Source of the DNA: Desulfobacterales bacterium
GTDB taxonomy: Bacteria; Desulfobacterota; Desulfobacteria; Desulfobacterales; UBA2174
Assembly (NCBI GenBank): GCA_963668645.2
Contig: CAXXWC010000021.1
Span: forward strand, 1,312,001-1,376,000
DNA length: 64,000 nt
Direction: 5' to 3'
The notes beneath the pieces are model-generated. The model did no database searches. It saw only the letters and a program-made list of their open reading frames with translations, and was not told the origin of the DNA. The position numbers were made by a program, and so were the translations under genes. Each line of letters opens with the position of its first letter. Positions within the stretch are counted from its first letter, which is position 1. Positions 61,001-64,000 of the stretch are shown one piece after another.

Positions 61001-64000
61001 ACCTGATGCTTCCAGAGCGACCTTGCCGGTCGCATCGATCATCAAACCGAGATTGGCGCTGCTGACACCTACCGAGAAGGATCCCGCCCCCATGGCTACC
61101 GCCGCATCCGTAGCCACCGCCTTGACGACATCGCCTTCCTTGACAAAACCATAGTTGCCGCTGACGGCAAAGATCCCGCCAAATTCGGCATCCAGGCCCG
61201 TAATGTAAACCCCCCGGATCGTCGTCGACCCCGGCAGTTCCTCAAAGCCGAAATCGGCGCCGCCGGCAGAAATCGTCTGCCCGAGATACGGGATACCGGT
61301 CTCGTTTAAAAGCACCTTGACATCGTCGGCGCTGCAGGCAAATCCGGCGCCTTCCAGTACCAGGTCGCCGTCCACCTCCAACGCCTTTTGGCCGCCGCCC
61401 TCGATTACCAAGCCCAACGATCCGTTGGTGACGCCGACTTTAAAACCACCGGTGCTCAAAATCGCTTCGGCTGCAGCAGCGACAATCTTTACATCCGCAC
61501 CCGATTTTTCGACCTCGAAATTGCCGCCGATGGAGAACACACCACCGAATTCGGCCTTCAAGCCCATCAGCGAAACGCCCATCAAAGATTCGGACGCCGG
61601 CAAGGTACCGAAGGTGAAATCGACACCGCCGGCACCGATGGTCTGCCCGGTAAAGGCCTCGTTGGTGTTGTTGTAACGGACTTTGACTTCATCAGCCGTT
61701 ACCGAGGCAAAGCTGCCGCCGACGACCAGAAGCGTCCCCTTGGCCTCCAGCGCCGTTTTGCCGCTCTCGCGAATCACCAACCCGAGACTCGCAGCGGTCA
61801 CACCTGCGGAAAAATCCCCGGCCGCGATCCTGGCAAACGCATTTTCCGCAACCACATACACATCGGAGCCGCTCTTTTCGAAACCGAAGTTGCCGCCGAT
61901 GTTAAATACCTCTCCGAATAGCGCCTCAAAACCGAGCAGTGAAACACTCTTCAAACTCGACGATGCAGGAAGGTCGGCGAAAGTGTAATTGACATCTCCG
62001 ACCGCAACTGTTTGATCTGTGTATTCGAAGCCCGTACTGTTGTACCGCACCCGTACCGAAGTCGCAGCAGCCGAGACGAATCCGCCGCCTGAAATCGTCA
62101 GTGCCCCTGAAGTCTCCAGGGCTGCGGTGCCCGACTCGTTGAGGACCATTCCCAGGGTCGCGACACTCACGCCGACGGAAAAGCTGCCGGACTGCATCGA
62201 GGCGCTGGCGTTCTGGGCTGCGACCCGAATCACAGTATTCGGACTATTGCCGCTTTGCTTGAAACCGAAATCCCCAGTGACGGAAACAAAACCGCTGATC
62301 CCGAGGCTGATACCGGTTCCCTGGATGACGGTAATTTCCGTTCCGTCGGAAAAGGAGATGGTGACATCACCATCGGGAGTGCTGACCGTTTCATCGACCG
62401 AGGCACCGGTGCGATTGATGTCCATCGCCAGGGTCGCCGCGAGGCTGAAACCGTCGAAGCCGACGATGGAACCGGTGCCCGTGGCGTGCAGGGCATAGAC
62501 CGACGGGGTGCCTTCAAGGATAACGAAACCGAGAGTCGCCCCGTCGATCTTCACTCCCCGTTCGGATCCGGTGCCGTAGCCGGTGCCCATGAAAACGGTC
62601 AGATCGGTCGCGCCGGCCACTATCTTGACGTTCGGCGAAGCGCCGCTCTTTTCGAAACGGAAGGACCCCGCCAGAAGGGCGAAGGAATCGATGCTGACCG
62701 ACGCCGAGCCGGCGATGCGGATAAAGGCACCTTCGGTGAAATCAAGAACCGTTGTGCTGCCGCCGATGGTGATCGACTCGTTGATCGGGGCGCCGGTGTT
62801 ATTGAACTCCGCTGCCATGCTGGCATTCAGGGCGACGCCTGAAAGCCCTTCCAAGGTCACCGTTCCGCTGGCCTTACCGGCGGTTCCCGTTTCACTCATG
62901 AAAAATGCGCCGGTCCCATCACTCAGATTGACCGACGCGCCGCCGGCGGTAAAAACCATGCTCACGTTGCTCGCTGCGACGTGATAATCGGATCCACTCT
63001 TTTCAAACCCGAATGATCCGGAAATGCTCTGATCCAAAACGGTGATCGAACCGGTGATGCCCACCGATACGGATTCTGACTTGCCGGCGAACCAGGCAAG
63101 AAGTGAATCCATACTCTCCTGGGTGTCAGCTGCAATTTCAACGTCCCCGCCCGGAACTTGGGTGACTTCAAATTTATAATATCTGTTGACCGTATCCAGA
63201 ACCGGTTTGAAATAGAGCCCACCGCCGATATCGAGACCGGTAAAGTCGGCAAAATCACCGGATATGGAACCGAAGGTCATGAAGGTGAAGGATTGACCGA
63301 GAACCGGGGTGTAGGTCGATAGCAGGTCGATATCCAACGTACCATCGAGTGTCGCCAGACCCGAAACATTAAGAACGTCGTATCCGGTTACGGGGTCGCC
63401 GGCGTCCGGTCCCCATATTTCGATAAGCAGCGTCTGGCCGGCGCTTTGAGTGTAGTTATCAACATTATCCACCCCGGGAGAATTGCCCGGGCTGTAAATT
63501 GCATCGATTTGCTCACTCGTCTCGGCCGCTGTGACTTCCGCGCTACTATACGAGCTGCTATATAATAAGGTAGAAACTTGATCGTCGCTGGAGTCTATGA
63601 AGACCGACGGGTCGGAAGCAAAATCTCTAAGCTCATCGATATAAAGCCGACCGGCCGCATCGCCAAGACCGGCCAGATCGATCGAAGTGGTTTGTTGTAT
63701 GGCGTTATTGTTGCCAGCGCCGTCCACAACCGTCAGGGTAACATCTGCTTCGAGCGCCTCTATGACCACATAAAAGGCACCCTCCGGCCCGGGTTCCATG
63801 CCGATCACAAACGAAAAACGATACTGGCCTGATACAGAATCAACTATCTGATTTTCATCGATAAAATCATACAGGAAGGAAGGGATCGAACCAGGAGAAC
63901 ACGAAAGGGATACAGTCTTCCAGAAACTTACCTCAAGAAGTAAATCACCAGATTCGCTGTCTTTCTTTACACTCAAACTGAAAAATGAGTCGCCGTCCTG
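2..64000 (-). CDS. Giant repetitive secreted/surface protein (adhesin/haemagglutinin/RTX-like), partial at both ends, >=21,333 aa
   Basis: Manual translation of the minus-strand frame whose codons start at + positions = 2 mod 3 gives coherent protein at both edges (64000: QDGDSFFSLSVKKDSESG...; near 1: ...GSGHVTVLASGDIDQGTSG) and throughout. None of the minus-strand ORFs in the track lies in this frame, as expected if it has no stop. The longest + strand ORFs (1031, 13310, 27242, 38312) are its exact antisense frame, and all tandem repeat periods (372, 510, 534, 564, 660, 1299/1302 bp) are multiples of 3. Confidence 0.96.
10890..13730 (-). repeat. Cluster of about 9 flagellin/hook-associated-like alpha/beta domains, partly nested
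   Basis: Recurring pattern Q-x-S-x-(V/I)-x-F...YTVxVNGxxYxV...WxS(V/L)LxxLxxxI...(I/L)TVT...LTLxA..NxPF. Confidence 0.7.
14985..16025 (-). repeat. Two ~70-aa alpha/beta insert domains (RTIDLT...QYRLxIG...YTAAAGD...IAxxLA..ID..TAFxASA.G.VITI..GAGTxDI)
   Basis: Clearly homologous copies at ~15815-16025 and ~14985-15200 within beta-helix sequence. Confidence 0.8.
17688..17940 (-). other. Beta/gamma-crystallin domain (two Greek-key motifs)
   Basis: VNFYQHSDYSG...NDTWSAVRI...LEAYEHINYGG...WGDAISSYKV shows both (F/Y)xxxx(F/Y)xG hairpins and both (N/D)-D-x-x-S-(S/A) signatures. Confidence 0.8.
23100..24660 (-). repeat. Eight (7 full + 1 partial) ~60-70-aa repeats DYxNxxIxW...P...FxxLTxAQxxxVxxxLGY...FYN
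   Basis: Examples: DYSNDDIYWGDAGTPAAGTGFDGLTAAQQRVVAHALGY; DYSNLDISWGDAGDPGEDTAFADLTPAQQERVLDHLGY; DYLNSDINWQEVAQPDWGTPFDELTAEQRFRVLEETGY. Confidence 0.9.
26420..26770 (-). repeat. RTX-like Gly/Asp-rich Ca2+-binding nonapeptide repeats (about 6)
   Basis: RGGDGKDSI, DGGAGEDTF, RGGLENDTF, EGGGGSDEF, DMGSGTNTI and TLGAGNDTI fit the GGxGxDxL consensus loosely to well. Confidence 0.8.
30390..32205 (-). repeat. Five tandem Ig-like (Big_5/SbsA-like) domains
   Basis: Five copies of YIxVxF...SIxD..PEF...G(V/I)(F/Y)RY...FxPGEVTVxFxxGxxxDxxGxxN..xExF, each about 115-130 aa. Confidence 0.75.
34500..35240 (-). repeat. Two Ig-like (Big_5/SbsA-like) domains
   Basis: PTADL..P...YIDVTF...ITD..PEIVLTG...TYRY...WEVEIKAGSFADNNGNLN..EIESF, followed by a second copy (GFIDVTF...SIFDSAPEFTL...TYRY...VQFTAGAWKDSANNVN..ETESF). 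Confidence 0.7.
35400..38036 (-). repeat. Degenerate copies of the 178-aa repeat family, including two 564-bp units carrying EF-hand-like loops
   Basis: Recurring FGFFYVDGSFAFKKS / FGFFYLDGAFAFKKS / GGFAIERS / GGFAFSKS / GGFSFSK. DSNGDGIIDESD (37847-37882) and DSNDDGTVDEND (37283-37318) lie 564 bp apart. Confidence 0.85.
38037..51386 (-). repeat. Intragenic tandem array, 25 x 534 bp (178 aa), near-identical
   Basis: The anchor aacccgaacacatccagcgtcag recurs every 534 bp from 38037 to 51387. Unit: FGFVQLDGSLAFKQATDSFVLTDASTGAVDTTTLANVKYMQVGGHVDSAFAGVGGIGFALEDVNFAMVMVSTPVAAGSATPAINYMALQADVGSAGLTGIEGLAAEISSLSVQVNKTSDTTAPNKVLDFKDTESNPNDGAATGREISTGPSSAPVTLVIDGDEGVLLAVMTELTLDV. Confidence 0.98.
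51387..51896 (-). repeat. 510-bp (170-aa) variant unit heading the 534-bp array
   Basis: The anchor aacccgaacacatccag occurs at 51387 and 51897. 51240-51405 and 51750-51915 are near-identical to each other but differ from the 534-bp consensus. Confidence 0.9.
52491..56583 (-). repeat. Intragenic tandem array, 11 x 372 bp (124 aa), with two more diverged copies up to ~57260
   Basis: Shadow ORFs recur at exactly 372-bp spacing (52572 to 56292). Unit: FVSLSGDLGFKKSGTEIIAVGSDVTASLSAGGAVSVTLADADFGLKAGAGSTAFELKNGTFAASISGLAEVTADTVLVRYTDAATTVAADTTLTVGSTSYTFIEEITPSTVALEVTGFAANVAD. Confidence 0.97.
57855..59655 (-). repeat. Five tandem ~115-aa alpha/beta domains (EVQ...GTFxL...A-xx-V-xx-AL...GxGNVxV...F-xxx-L-x-G-x-D) inserted into a repeat loop
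   Basis: Examples: DEVQQVRLEAETGGTFVLSLIFDGTTYTTEAIDFQASAAEVQSALTAAL; EQEVRIQSLATGTFALSLAYEGTTYTTGELDFESTANEVRDALNSAL; LTEALESLAGVGAGNVHV; LQSGLESLTTIGKGNVKV. Confidence 0.8.
60450..62300 (-). repeat. Five degenerate ~123-aa beta-strand repeats (same family as the 372-bp array)
   Basis: Recurring motifs VRYNSTG (~62040), VRYNNTN (~61670), VLLNETG (~61305), VRYNNTG (~60935), VRMNETG (~60570) about 369 bp apart, each followed by (Y/F)xF and G(N/D)FGFxK-like strands. Confidence 0.85.
63150..63495 (-). other. Autotransporter-passenger-like beta-helix capping module (PGNSPG...YDVLNVSGLATLDGTLDIDL...YTPVLGQSFTFMTFGSISGDF)
   Basis: Translation YSPGNSPGVDNVDNYTQSAGQTLLIEIWGP...GYDVLNVSGLATLDGTLDIDLLSTYTPVLGQSFTFMTFGSISGDF matches the PGNSPG / DxLxVxG-xxxLxGTL pattern that commonly ends beta-helical passenger regions. 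Confidence 0.65.

Noticed and set aside
1726..63258. Short minus-strand ORFs and other long plus-strand ORFs in the track (e.g. 13310..16345, 20256..21194)
   Set aside because: All overlap the giant frame in other frames or antisense, have Arg/Pro/Ser-biased shadow composition, and show no recognisable motifs.

Overview
The whole 64 kb window appears to be the interior of one enormous bacterial gene on the minus strand (codons at positions 2..64000, at least 21,333 aa, roughly 2.2 MDa by estimate). No stop codon is seen in this frame, it is open at both window edges, and so it is missing from the supplied ORF track; the listed ORFs are antisense or alternate-frame shadows of it. The product is an acidic, Gly/Ala/Thr/Val-rich, nearly Cys-free secreted or surface protein. 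N- to C-terminal (high to low coordinates) it contains: an autotransporter-passenger-like PGNSPG module; about 28 kb of one beta-strand repeat family (11 x 372 bp and 25 x 534 bp conserved tandem arrays plus degenerate copies); seven Ig-like domains; a long amphipathic beta-meander region; RTX-like nonapeptides; and a filamentous-haemagglutinin-like beta-helix rod. Accessory modules are inserted into loops, sometimes nested: a ~65-aa Trp/Tyr repeat, a beta/gamma-crystallin domain on a putative beta-ribbon stalk, and flagellin-like or phage-tail-like alpha/beta domains. No RNA genes, mobile elements, CRISPR arrays or intergenic DNA are evident. Domain names come from manual motif recognition, not database searches, and internal boundaries are approximate.
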